The notes beneath the pieces were generated by a model. It worked only from the letters and a program-made list of their open reading frames with translations, was not told the DNA's origin and searched no databases. A stretch of 64,000 nucleotides of DNA from Octopus vulgaris (Eukaryota). The stretch covers positions 8,680,001 through 8,744,000 of the forward strand of contig OX597838.1 of assembly GCA_951406725.2 (NCBI GenBank), in the 5' to 3' direction. Positions 27,849 through 42,717 of the stretch are shown here, one piece after another (within the stretch, counting starts at the first letter, position 1; every line of letters starts with the position of its first letter). The position numbers were made by a program, and so were the translations under genes.

Positions 27849-27899
<51 letters not shown>

Positions 27900-28630
27900 C
27901 TATGGCACATTTACATGAACAAATATGTAGATATAGACACGCACTCATATAAAATACGTATATGTGTGTCTGTGTGCATGTGTGTGTGTACGCGCTAGCG
28001 CGAATATATATGTGTGTATGTGTGTGCGTGCTTGAGTAAGTATGTATGTGTGCGGATGTGTTACGCATGCGTACATATGTTTAGATACATACGTTCTGAA
28101 TCAGTGCAATTTCTCCGGTTGTGTGTATGCTTGCGTGTATGTGTACGTGAGTCTGTATATGTGTGTGTATGCGTGTACATGAGTGTGTGCATATACATAT
28201 ATGTATGTGTATGTCCATGTATATATATATTGTGTGTGTGTGTGCCTGTGCATGAATGTGTATATGCATATGTGTGTACGTGTGTGTGTATATGCATGTA
28301 TGTATGCTTATGCGTGTGTGTACGTGTGTATGCATGTATGTATGCTTATGCGTGTGTGTACGTGTGTGTGTATGCATGTATGTATGCTTATGCGTGTGTG
28401 TACGTGTGTGTGTATGCATGTATGTATGCTTATGCGTGTGTGTATGTGTGTGTGTATGCATGTATGTATGCTTATGCATGTGTGCACGTGTGTGTGTACG
28501 TGTGTGTGTATGCATGTGTGTGAGAGTGTGCGTACGTTAGTGCGTGTGTTTATGCGCCTGTATTTTCATGGTTGTGCATGCATGTATTCGTGAAATATGT
28601 GTGTATTTCTGTGTGTATGTGTGTGACGCA

Positions 28631-28666
<36 letters not shown>

Positions 28667-29292
28667 GCGTTGTGTGGTGTCAACTAAAAACTCAAGCTTC
28701 CGGTTCAGCAACCTCTCTTCATGGACAACATTGAGTTAACCAAGCTTATGATTAAGTGCACTTGCCCCCGTGTTTGCCCGCGGATAACGATACGGATTCA
28801 CTTTACACTCATGCTCACACACACACACGCAGAAACATACACACGCACACACTCACACACACGGGGGGGGGGCAAGGTCGCGTTCTCTGTGATCATGACT
28901 TGATCATTTCATAAAGAAAGCCAATATATTCGTAGTCGCTCCATATGGTAGCCAAAAAACAAAACTGGTGGAAGGGGTGGGTTGGCGGTTAGCTCAGTAG
29001 TTGGAGGTTGGGGGCCATGTTGATAGATAGGATGGGGAGAGGTGGTGGTGGTAGAGAGAGAGAGAGAGAGAGGGAGGAATGTGGAGAGGGTGTACGAGAG
29101 TGAAGTGGAGTAACAGCGAAGAAGTTTGAGGAAGAGATAGAGAGAGAGAGAGACATAGGGAGAAAAGATGAGTCAAGACGGGGAAGGAAGATGCGTGGAG
29201 GAGAAGAAAAAGAGGTAAAAAAATGCTGAGGAAGGATGAGCGGAAGCTCACATGAGAGGGAATGAAAATATGAAAGAAGAAGAAGACAGGGG

Positions 29293-29342
<50 letters not shown>

Positions 29343-29378
29343 CTGCGTCATACATTATATATAAAGACTTACATATAT

Positions 29379-29783
29379 AGGCGCAGGAGTGGCTGTGTGG
29401 TAAGTAGCTTGCTAACCAACCACATGGTTCCGGGTTCAGTCCCACTGCGTGGCACCTTGGGCAAGTGTCTTCTGCTATAGCCCCGGGCCGACCAATGACT
29501 TGTGAGTGGATTTGGTAGACGGAAACTGAAAGAAGCCCGTCGTATATATGTATATATATATATATGCGTGTGTGTGTTTGTCCCCCTAGCATTGCTTGAC
29601 AACCGATGCTGGTGTGTTTACGTCCCCGTCACTTAGCGGTTCGGCCAAAGAGACCGATAGAATAAGTACTGGGCTTACAAAGAATAAGTCCCGGGGTCGA
29701 TTTGCTCGACTAAAGGCGGTGCTCCAGCATGACCGCAGTCAAATGACTGAAACAAGTAAAAGAGTAAAAGAAAAGATTAAAGA
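29379..29783 (+). mobile_element. SINE family A, full length
   Basis: A/B boxes TGGCTGTGTGG and GGTTCAGTCCC; (TAAAAGAG)n-like tail. Confidence 0.92.
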
Positions 29784-30041
29784 GTATATTATGTTTGTGT
29801 GTGTGTGTGTGTGTATGTGTGTGTGTGTGTGTGCAGTTTATAATTTATGAAAAAATTTAGCTTGAGAATAAATTTTTTGTTTAATTCCAAAGCCATTTAA
29901 CGCTATTATTACTTGCTACAACCGATGTATTTTTTGTTGTTATTATTATTATCAATTATTTAAATTTACCGCTGATAATAAATATCAATAAAAAATATCT
30001 ACATAAATATTCATTTGAATATTCACTCCTTATGTATAAAC

Positions 30042-30103
<62 letters not shown>

Positions 30104-30295
30104 ATACATTATATATATATATATATACATGTGTATATATATATATATTTACATATATACATACATACATATATATATGTGTGTGTGTATGTATGTATAC
30201 TGATGTATATATTTATGTATGTATATATATATATATGTGTGTGTGTATGTATATATATATATATTGATATAAATATATATATGTGTGTCTGTGTG

Positions 30296-30342
<47 letters not shown>

Positions 30343-30499
30343 TGATACATATATTTATGTATATATATATATATATACATACATACATATACATGTATAT
30401 TTATGAGGGTGGAGTCTTCGACTTGGCCTGAGCATGGACTCAAACTCAAATGAAATGAAATATACATATATATATATAAATGTATATTTATATATATAT

Positions 30500-30561
<62 letters not shown>

Positions 30562-30603
30562 GTATGTATGTATGTATTTATATATACATACATATATACA
30601 TCG

Positions 30604-30918
30604 GAGATCCCCTTCGGTCATGATTGACCATGGGATTACACCAAGGAGGTTACCATCCCAGGCACAAGTCCGGGTAAAGTTGTTTATGGAAGACAAGCAT
30701 TCGCCCATGCATACCGGCCTCTCCTCTCCACGGCACTGATGTTGTCCAGGGGAAAGGCAAAGGGGGCTGATACAGTGACGTCACAACTCATTTCTACAGC
30801 TGAGTGAACTGGAGCAACGTGAAATAAAGTGTCTTGCTCAAGAACACAACACGCTGCCCGGTTCCGGGAATCGAACTCACAACCTCACGATCGTAAGCTC
30901 GACGCTCTAACCACTGAG
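30604..30918 (-). mobile_element. SINE family D
   Basis: Homologous to 6135-6431. Confidence 0.85.
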
Positions 30919-31068
30919 CGCATACACACACGCACTAACGTACGCACACTCTCACACACATGCATACGCACACACACACACACACACACATACAGACAAT
31001 TATGCATACACACATGCATAAACACACACGTACACACATATGCATATACACATTCATGTCCACGCACA

Positions 31069-31139
<71 letters not shown>

Positions 31140-31624
31140 CACAATCAAGGAACGGCCATAATAGGCCATTCACCCACTAGAAATAACAGCCAAAGCTTTA
31201 ACCGCAAAATAACATTAATTCCGTAAACCAGGAGAAAATTAAAAAAACATTTACCCTGTAATTTCTTATACGATGCACCGTTTCATCTACTGTTTAATGG
31301 TAAACTAACCTGATTAAATTAAATCAAGCCAATCTTCCATAGGCCCTTAGATTCCTCAGTAAGAAATAGCCAGAACGGAACAGATATTTTCACGAGGCAT
31401 TTCCGTCCCTGCCTCGGCAATATCTGACCTAAAATTTTCAAATCATCGCACTCGCGCCAAATTTATCGGCAGCAAATAAATATAAGCCGCCGATTCCATT
31501 ACGGAATTAATTCCGTATATATATATATAGTTAATCAAAACACAAAAAACAAAAAAACAACAACGCGAGGACGTGGAACAAATAAAGTATTATTGGACGC
31601 TCAGGAAAGAAGGGAAGAAGGAGG

Positions 31625-31659
31625 GTTTAACGTTTCGAGCGGAGCTCTTCGTCGGAAAC
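31625..31659 (-). ncRNA. Minimal type I hammerhead-like motif (core CCGACGA), family E (about 31530-31720)
   Basis: GTTT-CCGACGA-A-GAGC-TCC-GCTC-GAA-ACGT-T-AAAC. Confidence 0.62.
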
Positions 31660-31782
31660 ATAGGTGAGGGAAAGATCCCCAGAAGGGAAGACAGAGGGAA
31701 AAAATCACCAGCGGTACTCAATCGACATACAAATACATATGTATATATATATATGTACATATATACATATATATATATACAT

Positions 31783-31983
<201 letters not shown>

Positions 31984-32177
31984 AAAAGTCTTTATGACGA
32001 TTACTTGATACAGTTTTATAAAGTATAAAAAATATCTATTTTTGTGGGGGCTGTTATAAATTCTTTATCAGAACGTCACTAAACCTGTGTGGAAGAAGTT
32101 TCTTTCTAGTATGTGTAAGCACTTTCGATTATCCTTTCAAACACCGGTCTTCTTGAATAATATATGAAAGAGGAACT

Positions 32178-32299
<122 letters not shown>

Positions 32300-32367
32300 T
32301 AGAGAGAGGGGGGAGAGACAGATAGATGGATGCATACATACATATGTATATATATTTATATGTGTGT

Positions 32368-32434
<67 letters not shown>

Positions 32435-32674
32435 TTGGAATCCCATAAAGCTATGAAGAATAGCATATTCTTTACAGCTTCATGCGCTTCGAGATTACAA
32501 AAGTTACAGCAGTAACGAATTAATTACCATTTCATTGTATATTCTAGGGGGTACGACACAGCGCATCTTAGAATGCGAGTAAGTTGGGTTTGTCTGAGAA
32601 ATCTACATGATTTATTTCCGAAACGCAAAACGAAACTGCATCAGTGGAAAGTGCATTTTGCTTCTTTTCCAAGT

Positions 32675-33073
32675 GTGTGGAAGCACTCCGTCGGTTACGA
32701 CGACGATGAGGGTTCCGGTTGATCCGAATCAACGGAACAGCCTGCTCGTGAAATTAACGTGTAAGTGGCTGAACACTCCAACACTCCACAGACACGTGTA
32801 CCCTTAACGTAGTTCTCGGAGATATTCAGCGTAACACAGAGAGTGACAAGGCCGGCCCCTTGAAATACAGGTACAACAGAAACAGGAAGTAAGAGTGAGA
32901 GAAAGTTGTGGTGAAAGAGTACAGCAGGGATCACCACCATCCCCTGCCGGAGCCTCGTGGAGCTTTAGGTGTTTTCGCTCAATAAACACTCACAACGCCC
33001 GGTCTGGGAATCGAAACCGCGATCCTATGACCGCGAGTCCGCTGCCCTAACCACTGGGCCATTGCGCCTCCAC
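32675..33073 (-). mobile_element. SINE family B, full length with TSD
   Basis: 12-bp TSD TCTTTTCCAAGT (32663-32674 and 33074-33085). Confidence 0.93.
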
Positions 33074-33419
33074 TCTTTTCCAAGTATGACTATTTTGTAT
33101 CGAACATCGTTCAAAATATCAACGGCAATCATTTCTTCTTAAGTATAATATCGAATATTAAATTTGAAATATTTCTTTCCTTAAATGTTTCACAATTTGG
33201 CGAAGTTCATTTGTTAGACCTTATTGATACTGCCGATAATTGCATTATGTAAATTGAAACGTTTGTGTTAAAATTCACATCGTTTAGAATTGTGAAAAAT
33301 ATCCATTTTTTATGTCTATATAATGGGAACGGGGGTGCGGTGATTAAATAAACAGAATTCATTAACGTTTAATCGTCGTTAAATTGTTATCTTCAAAATA
33401 AGTGACGCCGATGTATATA

Positions 33420-33532
<113 letters not shown>

Positions 33533-33551
33533 TTATGTGTGTATATATAAG

Positions 33552-33607
<56 letters not shown>

Positions 33608-34460
33608 ATAAGAGTAGATCGTATACGAGTGGGTATATATTTGTAAAAAAGAAGTTTGAAAACGCCACTATATTAGATAAATTTTAATTTTCTTATGAAT
33701 TTTACATGTTTCTGTTCTTGAAAAAACGAAACTTATCAAAAATATTATTAAAAAATATTATAAAAAGTGTAATGGAGAAGAAAAGTGTAATGGAGAAGTT
33801 TATAATCGGTTCTAACTGGTCTCGAACCTTATCAAAAATATTATACAAAGTGAAAATTGAAAAGTTCATAATCGTTTCTTACTATTAATCGCTACACACA
33901 CATGTGTGTGTGTGTATGCATGTAGATGTGTGTGTGTCTGCTTGTGTGTGTGTATGTAAATGTGTGGTTGAGTCGGTGTACATACATCCAAGTGTGTGCA
34001 TCTATTCACATAAGAATCTCAGGTGGAGAATTTTAAGAATGTCTTACAGATCTTCACTGTGCCATTAATACATCGGATTTAGAGAATCCGCGTCATTTTA
34101 CTGTTCCTTTTTCTTCGTAACGCACCGAGTATTTCTATTTGTTGATACCTAGCCTAATGCACCTACGAAAAAAGATACAAATGAGAATTCATAGCCAGGT
34201 TACAAGAGCTGTAAGTTCCGCATTAATTCGCCATAAACTTTCCCTTTTTCCTAGACTTTTGATTGTACATTCACGTCTGATGGGCAGCGGATAGGAAAGC
34301 CCACTTTCTTCCTGTCGAAGGCTTATATGACCCATTATTAGACTATTTCCCTTAGTCATTGCACGGTGATCGCTTTTAAGCTTTAAGCTTATATAAATAA
34401 ATTCCATTATTATTATTAGTTACAAGACTGTGAAACCCGACACCGTATAACAAAACGATT

Positions 34461-34519
<59 letters not shown>

Positions 34520-34521
<2 letters not shown>

Positions 34522-34680
34522 CGCAGGAGTGGCTATGTGGTAAGAAGCTTGCTTCCCAACCACATGGTTCCGGGTTCAGTCCCACTGCGTAGCAACTTGG
34601 GCAAGTACCTTCTGCTAAAGCCTCTGGCCGACCAAAGCCTTGTGAGTGGATTTGGTAGACGGAAACTGAAAGACGCCCGT

Positions 34681-34728
<48 letters not shown>

Positions 34729-34829
34729 TATATATATAATAGATATATATGTATATATATATATATATACATATATATTTACATATATATATATATATAC
34801 ATATATTTATATGTATATATATGTATATA

Positions 34830-34877
<48 letters not shown>

Positions 34878-35089
34878 GCATGTGTTTGTTGTTTGTGTCT
34901 GTGTTTGTCACCCCACCACCACCATCGATGTTGGTGTGTTTACGTCCCCGTAACTTAGCGATTCGGCAAAAGAGATCGATAGAATAAGTACTATGCTTAG
35001 AAAGAGTTGGTCTTGGAGGTCGGTTACTTCGACTAAATGGTAGTGCTCCAGCATGGCCGCAGTCAACTGACTGAAACAAGTAAAAGAAT

Positions 35090-35090
<1 letters not shown>
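34520..35090 (+). mobile_element. SINE family A with expanded internal (TA)n
   Basis: Consensus match on both sides of an AT-rich microsatellite of about 190 bp. Confidence 0.88.
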
Positions 35091-35136
<46 letters not shown>

Positions 35137-35526
35137 TATAGATAGATAGATAGATAGACATATATAAACATATTAAGGGTTTAAATATTAAAAGTAATAA
35201 TTTATACCAGTGGCCAACATGCATAAAAATTGTCCATAAACTGTAAATTATTTTGATATAAGTGTGTGTAACCATGGGTAATTATACACGAATAGGAAAA
35301 CCACTAAGTGGCTTCCATGCTTGCTGTAAGAAAATGTGAGATCTTCAAACCATGAAAAACGCATTGTCATACATATGGCGTTGGATGTAAGCGGGCAAGA
35401 CAATATGAAAAAAAATTTTAAGACCAGTTATTTCTATACTTCACTTTCACCATTAATAATTAAACAATTATCTGTGGATCTTCAGTAGAAACTACCGGAA
35501 GATGGAAGATACGAGAATTTTTATTA

Positions 35527-35632
35527 ATCACGACAATTGTTTCGACACATCTAGCATGGATCCCTCACGGGTGGGACACCCAACAACTGGTTCAGGAGCA
35601 TCCGGTGGTGCAGATGTGTCTCTTCAGGTGAT
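35527..35632 (-). ncRNA. Type I hammerhead ribozyme, canonical core, extended stem II
   Basis: ATCAC-CTGAAGA-GACACATCT...AGATGTGTC-GAA-ACAATTGT-C-GTGAT; GUC cleavage triplet. Confidence 0.85.
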
Positions 35633-36289
35633 GAATAGATATAAATCGTTAAAATAACAGTTCCGCAATGCAACTTCTGAGTTCGTGTAAAGAAAAGCAG
35701 CAAAATAAAGGGGACAAACACACACACACACACACACACATACGCAGAAGAGAGGGAGAGAGAGAGAAGCAACAGAGTCAGAGAAACGGAAGATGTGGCT
35801 GAGAGGCCGGTTAGCAATAATACGGAAATGCTGACAGATGTCGTCCGCAGTGCAAAAGATTGGTTGTGTTGAAGGAGGAGAAAGTAGAGAATTTTGAGGA
35901 GTAGATAGAGTAATAAGGAAGAGAGGGGGTAGAGAGAGAGAGAAAATGGAAAAGAAATGTGTAAATATACGGCGGGGTGGAAAGCGAAAGTGAAAGTAAG
36001 AGAGAGAGAAGAGAGATAGACAGATAGAGAGACTGAGAGGGGAGAGCTAAGGTAAAGATGAAAGAAGAGGGGGGAATTGAGAGAAGTAAAGACAGGGTGT
36101 GATAGAAGAATGAAAGAGCGAGAGGAAGCGTGAAGAAGGGAGGGGGAATGAGGGAGACCGTGAGAGGAGAGAAAGAAAAGGAAGGAAAGAATGATTGAAA
36201 GGGAGCGGAAGAAAGAAGAAATAAAGCATCAACGGGAAGAAAGATAATAAAGGGGACAGAAAGGGAAAAAATATTGCAAATATAAATAA

Positions 36290-36922
<633 letters not shown>

Positions 36923-37251
36923 ATAGAAGCTAAAAATGATACTGTGACGTGATGGCTGGCATGGCAATTGAGTGAAAATGAAAAAGGAAATTAAGAGATG
37001 TTAATAAAGAGTGTAAACTAGCGGAAAATCATAAGAAGTCGTTTTGGAGAGGGCAACGTGAGAGATGGCGCTGGGTATTGCGAGCGGGAAGAGATACGGA
37101 CGCATCGTCACAAAATGGCGCCCAAAGGAAGTAAAGATGGCGATTGCCCTAACGGATACACGTGAATAACACACGAACACACACACACGCATACACGCAT
37201 ACACACACACACATGCACATACATACATAAATATATGTGTATGTGCCTATG

Positions 37252-37327
<76 letters not shown>

Positions 37328-37372
37328 CATACATACATACATATATACATACACACACATACATCCATGCAT

Positions 37373-37423
<51 letters not shown>

Positions 37424-37528
37424 CATATATATATATATATTTGTATCTGTGTGCGTGTATGTGTGTGTGTATTCGCGCAGTGTGCAGGCGCGCTAGTCTA
37501 TTATTGTAAGATGTGTGAATGTGTGCAT

Positions 37529-37581
<53 letters not shown>

Positions 37582-37620
37582 TACACGTATGTAACCATGT
37601 GTAGATGTATATATATATAT

Positions 37621-37671
<51 letters not shown>

Positions 37672-37848
37672 GCGTGTGTGTGTGTGTGTGTGTGTGTGTG
37701 AGTGCGTGTGTGTGTATACACTCATATATACGCATATATATACATACACACATATACACACTCACATATGTTTCCACATATATATTTATACATACTCCAC
37801 ATACACACGTGTCTATATTAGCATATGTCCGTATAAGCACACACGTAT

Positions 37849-37904
<56 letters not shown>

Positions 37905-38061
37905 CGGGGCACACACTGGTTTCGCCTATAAACATTACACAAAAACAGGTTTAAAGAAGTGGGAGTAAATATAAATGGCGGAAATAAGGGCCAGTGAATG
38001 AATGTGTGTGTGTGTATGTGTATATGCGTGTGTATATATGTGTGTTGTATATGTGTGTGTG

Positions 38062-38104
<43 letters not shown>

Positions 38105-38312
38105 GCATATATATGTGCGTGTGTGTATGTATTTATATATCTATATCTATCTATATACATATATATATATATGTATATATAAATATATATGTATGTATAT
38201 ATATATATATATATGTTTATGTGTGTGAGTGTATATGTACGTATGTATGTATTAGTATATATATGTGTGTGTGTGTATGTATGTATGTATGTATGCATGC
38301 ATTTGTGTGTGC

Positions 38313-38348
<36 letters not shown>

Positions 38349-38375
38349 GCGTACATTTATATATATGTAGATATA

Positions 38376-38436
<61 letters not shown>

Positions 38437-38558
38437 CAAGAGGAGGAGTATTTTCGTGTTATACAAACTATTTAAGGGTCTCGTAATTGATGTTTTCATC
38501 AATGACCCCTGAAAAAATATATTAATAAGACTTATAAAACACACACACACATACACAG

Positions 38559-38594
<36 letters not shown>

Positions 38595-39144
38595 CCACGC
38601 ACACACACACATATATCGTGACGCATACACAGTCAAGTAAATACACACGGAAAAACATTTTCCCGGCAATATTCTGGTTGAGCGATTTAAAGGAGTTTGT
38701 GGTATAAAAGGAAGGGCGGGGGTGGAAAGGCGGAGTATGTGTTTAGGGGTGGAGGCAGAAGATGAGGAAGGGGACGGCAGCTGGCGGCGGGGAGGGGGTG
38801 GGGGGAAATAGTTTAAAGGGGAATTGATGGAGAGAAGAAGCATTAATGGAACGGGGTGTGTTAGTGTAATGGTGGGGGGGATTGCGATGGGAGGGAAAGG
38901 CCGAATGGTGGGGGGGTGACGGTGACGGACGTGGAGGCGGTGGTGACTATAAGCGGCAGGCGGAGGTGCCGTTGGAGGCGCTGTTGTTGTTGGTAGTGGT
39001 GAAGGTGGTGGTGGTGGTGATGATACTGTTGTTATTGTTCCTATCGTTGTTGTTGTTGGTGGTGGTGGTGGCGGTGGTGGTGGTGGAGTTGTTGTTGTCG
39101 TTGTTGTTGTTGGTTGTGGTGGTGGTGGTGGTGGTGGAGTTGTG

Positions 39145-39176
<32 letters not shown>

Positions 39177-39593
39177 GGTGGTGGTGGTGGTGGTGGTGGT
39201 GGAAAGAAAGGAGGCGAAAAAGAACGAGTGAATAGAAACTTGTGTGTGAACGTGAACATGTTGAATGTGGGTGTGAACAAGGGAGAGAGAGAGAGAAGGA
39301 GAGAGAAATATATGGAGAGACAGAGAGCGAGAGGGGGGAGAGAAATATATGGAGAGAGAAATATATGGAGAGACAGAGAGAGTGGGGGGGAGAAATATAT
39401 GGAGAGACAGAGAGAGGGAGGGAGAGAGAGGGGGAGACAGAGAGAGAGAGAAGGAGGGAGAGAGAGACAAACAGACAGACAGAAAGAGATACACAGAAAT
39501 AAAAAGAGAGACAGAAATAGAGTGTGTAAGAGCATGTGCGTCTATGTATGTAGATAAGAAAGTAGGAATGTGTGTGTGTGTGTGCGTGCGTGT

Positions 39594-39635
<42 letters not shown>

Positions 39636-39878
39636 ATGTGTGCGTGCGTGTGTGTGTATGTGTGTGCGTGTATATGTGTGCTTGTGCGCGTGTGTGTTAT
39701 CTGCGTGTGTGTGTGTGTGTGTTATCTGCGTGTGTGTGTGTGTGTGTGTGTGTACGTGTACGACAGTTGAAGTGTTACAGTCTAGTATGTATGTGCTTGT
39801 GTGTGCGTATGTGTGTGCATGTATGTGTGTGCTTGTGCGTGTGTGTGTGTATTTGCGTGTGTATGTGTGTGTGCATGT

Positions 39879-39913
<35 letters not shown>

Positions 39914-40584
39914 TGTGCGTGTATGTGATTGTACGTATACGACAGTTGAAGAGTTATACAGTCTAGTATGTATGTGTGTGTTTGTGTGACTGCCTGTACT
40001 TAGAAATGTGTGTGTGCGTTTGTGTGTGTGTGTGTGTGTGCATGTGCGTGTGGTGTGTGTGTGCGCACGACTGCATGCATGAGCGAATGTGTGTTTGTAT
40101 TACAGAGAATTCTCCAGACAAAGTGAGTGGACGCGAATCGAGTGTGCGTCCGCGCAAGTGTGTGTGTGTATGTGTCTGTGTGCGTGTGTGAAATGATGTT
40201 ATTGTGCGCATGCGTGAGTGCACGAGTGATTATGTACGGATGAATACACAACCGTAAACTCGGGCGTCTGTCAAGACGTGCAAACATGGCGAAATGAAGA
40301 ACCTCCGTCCGAACATATGGACGTCTCTATACATTGAAACGAGAAAAGGGGGGGGGGGCTGTCCGCCGTTTTGCACATTGGGAGGTCCATAATGCAAATT
40401 ATACACTATATACTCTCTTTTACTTGTTTCAGTCATTTTGAGCAAATCGACCCCGGGACTTATTCTTTGTAAGCCCAGTACTTATTCTATCGGTCACATT
40501 TTGCCGAACCGCTAAGTGACGGTGACGTAAACACACCAGCATCGGTTGTAAACCGATGCTAGAGGGACAAACACAGACACACAA

Positions 40585-40707
<123 letters not shown>

Positions 40708-40887
40708 TACGACGGGCTTCTTTCAGTTTCCAAATCGAGACCAGGACTTATTTTATTGGTTTCTTTTGCCGAACTGCTATATTACGGGGACGTAAACACA
40801 CCAATATTGGTTGTCAAGCGATGGTGAGGGACAAACACAGACACATAAACACACACACACACGCACACACATATATATATGTATACA

Positions 40888-41040
40888 TGAGTGGCTGTAT
40901 GGTAACTTGCTTACGAACCACATGCTTCCGGGTTCAGTCCCACTGCGTGGCACCTTGGGAAAGTGTCTTCTACTGTAGCCTCGAGCCGACCAAAACCTTG
41001 TGAGTGGATTTGGTAGACGGAAACTAAAAGAACCCCATCG

Positions 41041-41108
<68 letters not shown>

Positions 41109-41298
41109 TCTGTTGTTGTCCCCCAACATCGCTTGATAACCAATGCTGGTGTGTTTACGTCTCCGTAACTTAACGGTTCGATCTAAGAAACCGATAGAAT
41201 AATTACTAGGTTTACAAAGAATAAGTTATGGGGTCGATTTGTTCGAGTAGAGGCGGTGCTGCAGCATGGCCGCAGTCAAATGACTAAAACAAATAAAA

Positions 41299-41300
<2 letters not shown>
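40888..41300 (+). mobile_element. SINE family A; inverted partial copies lie at about 40413-40850 and 41470-41600
   Basis: Consensus match. Confidence 0.88.
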
Positions 41301-41339
<39 letters not shown>

Positions 41340-41353
41340 ATTAATCAGATTAA

Positions 41354-41403
41354 TCAAGATTAATCAGCCGAAATTGCGAGGATGATCCGGTTCTTGACTG
41401 AAG
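41354..41403 (+). ncRNA. Truncated rearranged hammerhead-like motif
   Basis: TCAAGA-TTAAT-CAGCC-GAA-ATTGCG-13 nt-TCTTGA-CTGAAG; both outer ends missing. Confidence 0.45.
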
Positions 41404-41642
41404 TTTTTTGTATCGTCTTCTAAATGTTTTGTGTTCTTGTCCCAGTTTGTATTTTTTTTACATATATATATACGACGAGCTTCTTTGATTTTCGTCTACC
41501 AAATCCATTCACAAGGCTTTTGGTCGGTCCGAGGTTATAGTAGAAAAAACCTGCCCAAGTTGCCCCGGAACCATATGGTTAGGAAGCAAGCTTCTTGTCA
41601 TATTAAGTAATATGGTGTACGTACTAAACAATGGTTAGTATA

Positions 41643-41849
41643 CAGTAATCCCACGACTATCGCACGTGTTACGTTCCAAAACTTCCCACAGAAACAATTA
41701 AAATCTAAAAAAAATATAAATACCTATCGGCCGCAGAAACCCGCGATATACTGAGGAGTCCGCGATATAAATTTACATATATTGGCCAGAACAATCCGTG
41801 ATGTACTGAGTGCGCGATTGGTGAAGCGCGATATGGCGAGGGATTACTG
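41643..41849. mobile_element. Tc1/mariner (Tigger-like) MITE
   Basis: Terminal inverted repeats (TIRs) CAGTAATCCCACGACTATCGC and GCGATATGGCGAGGGATTACTG; TA at the left flank. Confidence 0.8.
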
Positions 41850-42384
41850 TTTTGGAATTTTGGAACAAGGTCAACAACTTCAGGGGATTACATCGGCCCC
41901 AGTATTTTACTGGTACTTAATTTATCGACTCCGAAAGGATGAAAGGCAAAGTCGACCTCGGCGGAATCTGAACTCCGATTGTAAAGACAGACGAAATGCC
42001 GCTAAGCAACAGTTCGACTAAAAAAGCCTCTGAAGGCAGTGCTCCAGCAAGGCCGCAGACAAATGATTGAAACAAGTAATAGAATAAAAGAATAAAAGAA
42101 CTGCAACCCCCACTCACTCCACCCCACCACAACGATCGTCACATTCGCCTCCTTCAGTTGATATGGTCACGGAAGGACAGTCGTTTGGCTATTATTTCTA
42201 AGAGTAAACCTGGCAGGAGAGATGTTGAGGGATACGGTTATCGACAAGACTTACACTCGAAGACATACGGACAAAATGGCAGAACAAAATGGCCGCCAAT
42301 AATGGTAGCGGGATGAGGAGAGCAAAAGTACGGAGGAGGAGGAGGGCGACAACGGTGAGAAGGTTGTTTCGAGGTTGTTATTGC

Positions 42385-42415
<31 letters not shown>

Positions 42416-42586
42416 GGTAGTGGTGGCGTTGGCGATAGAAAGAATATTGATAATGTTGTTGCTGTTATTGGTGGTGGTGGTGGTGGTGGTGGTGGTGGTG
42501 GTGGTGGTGGTGGTGGTGGCGGAGGTGGGTCATTTTCACTTTAATAATGGGGGTGGCCATGATGGATTTGATACTACTACTACTAC

Positions 42587-42631
<45 letters not shown>

Positions 42632-42660
42632 TAATAATAATAATAATAATAATAATGATG

Positions 42661-42717
<57 letters not shown>

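Noticed and set aside
42157-42316. Possible short exon after a CCTTCAG acceptor-like site
   Set aside because: About 52 codons ending in a stop, no recognisable homology, no partner exons found
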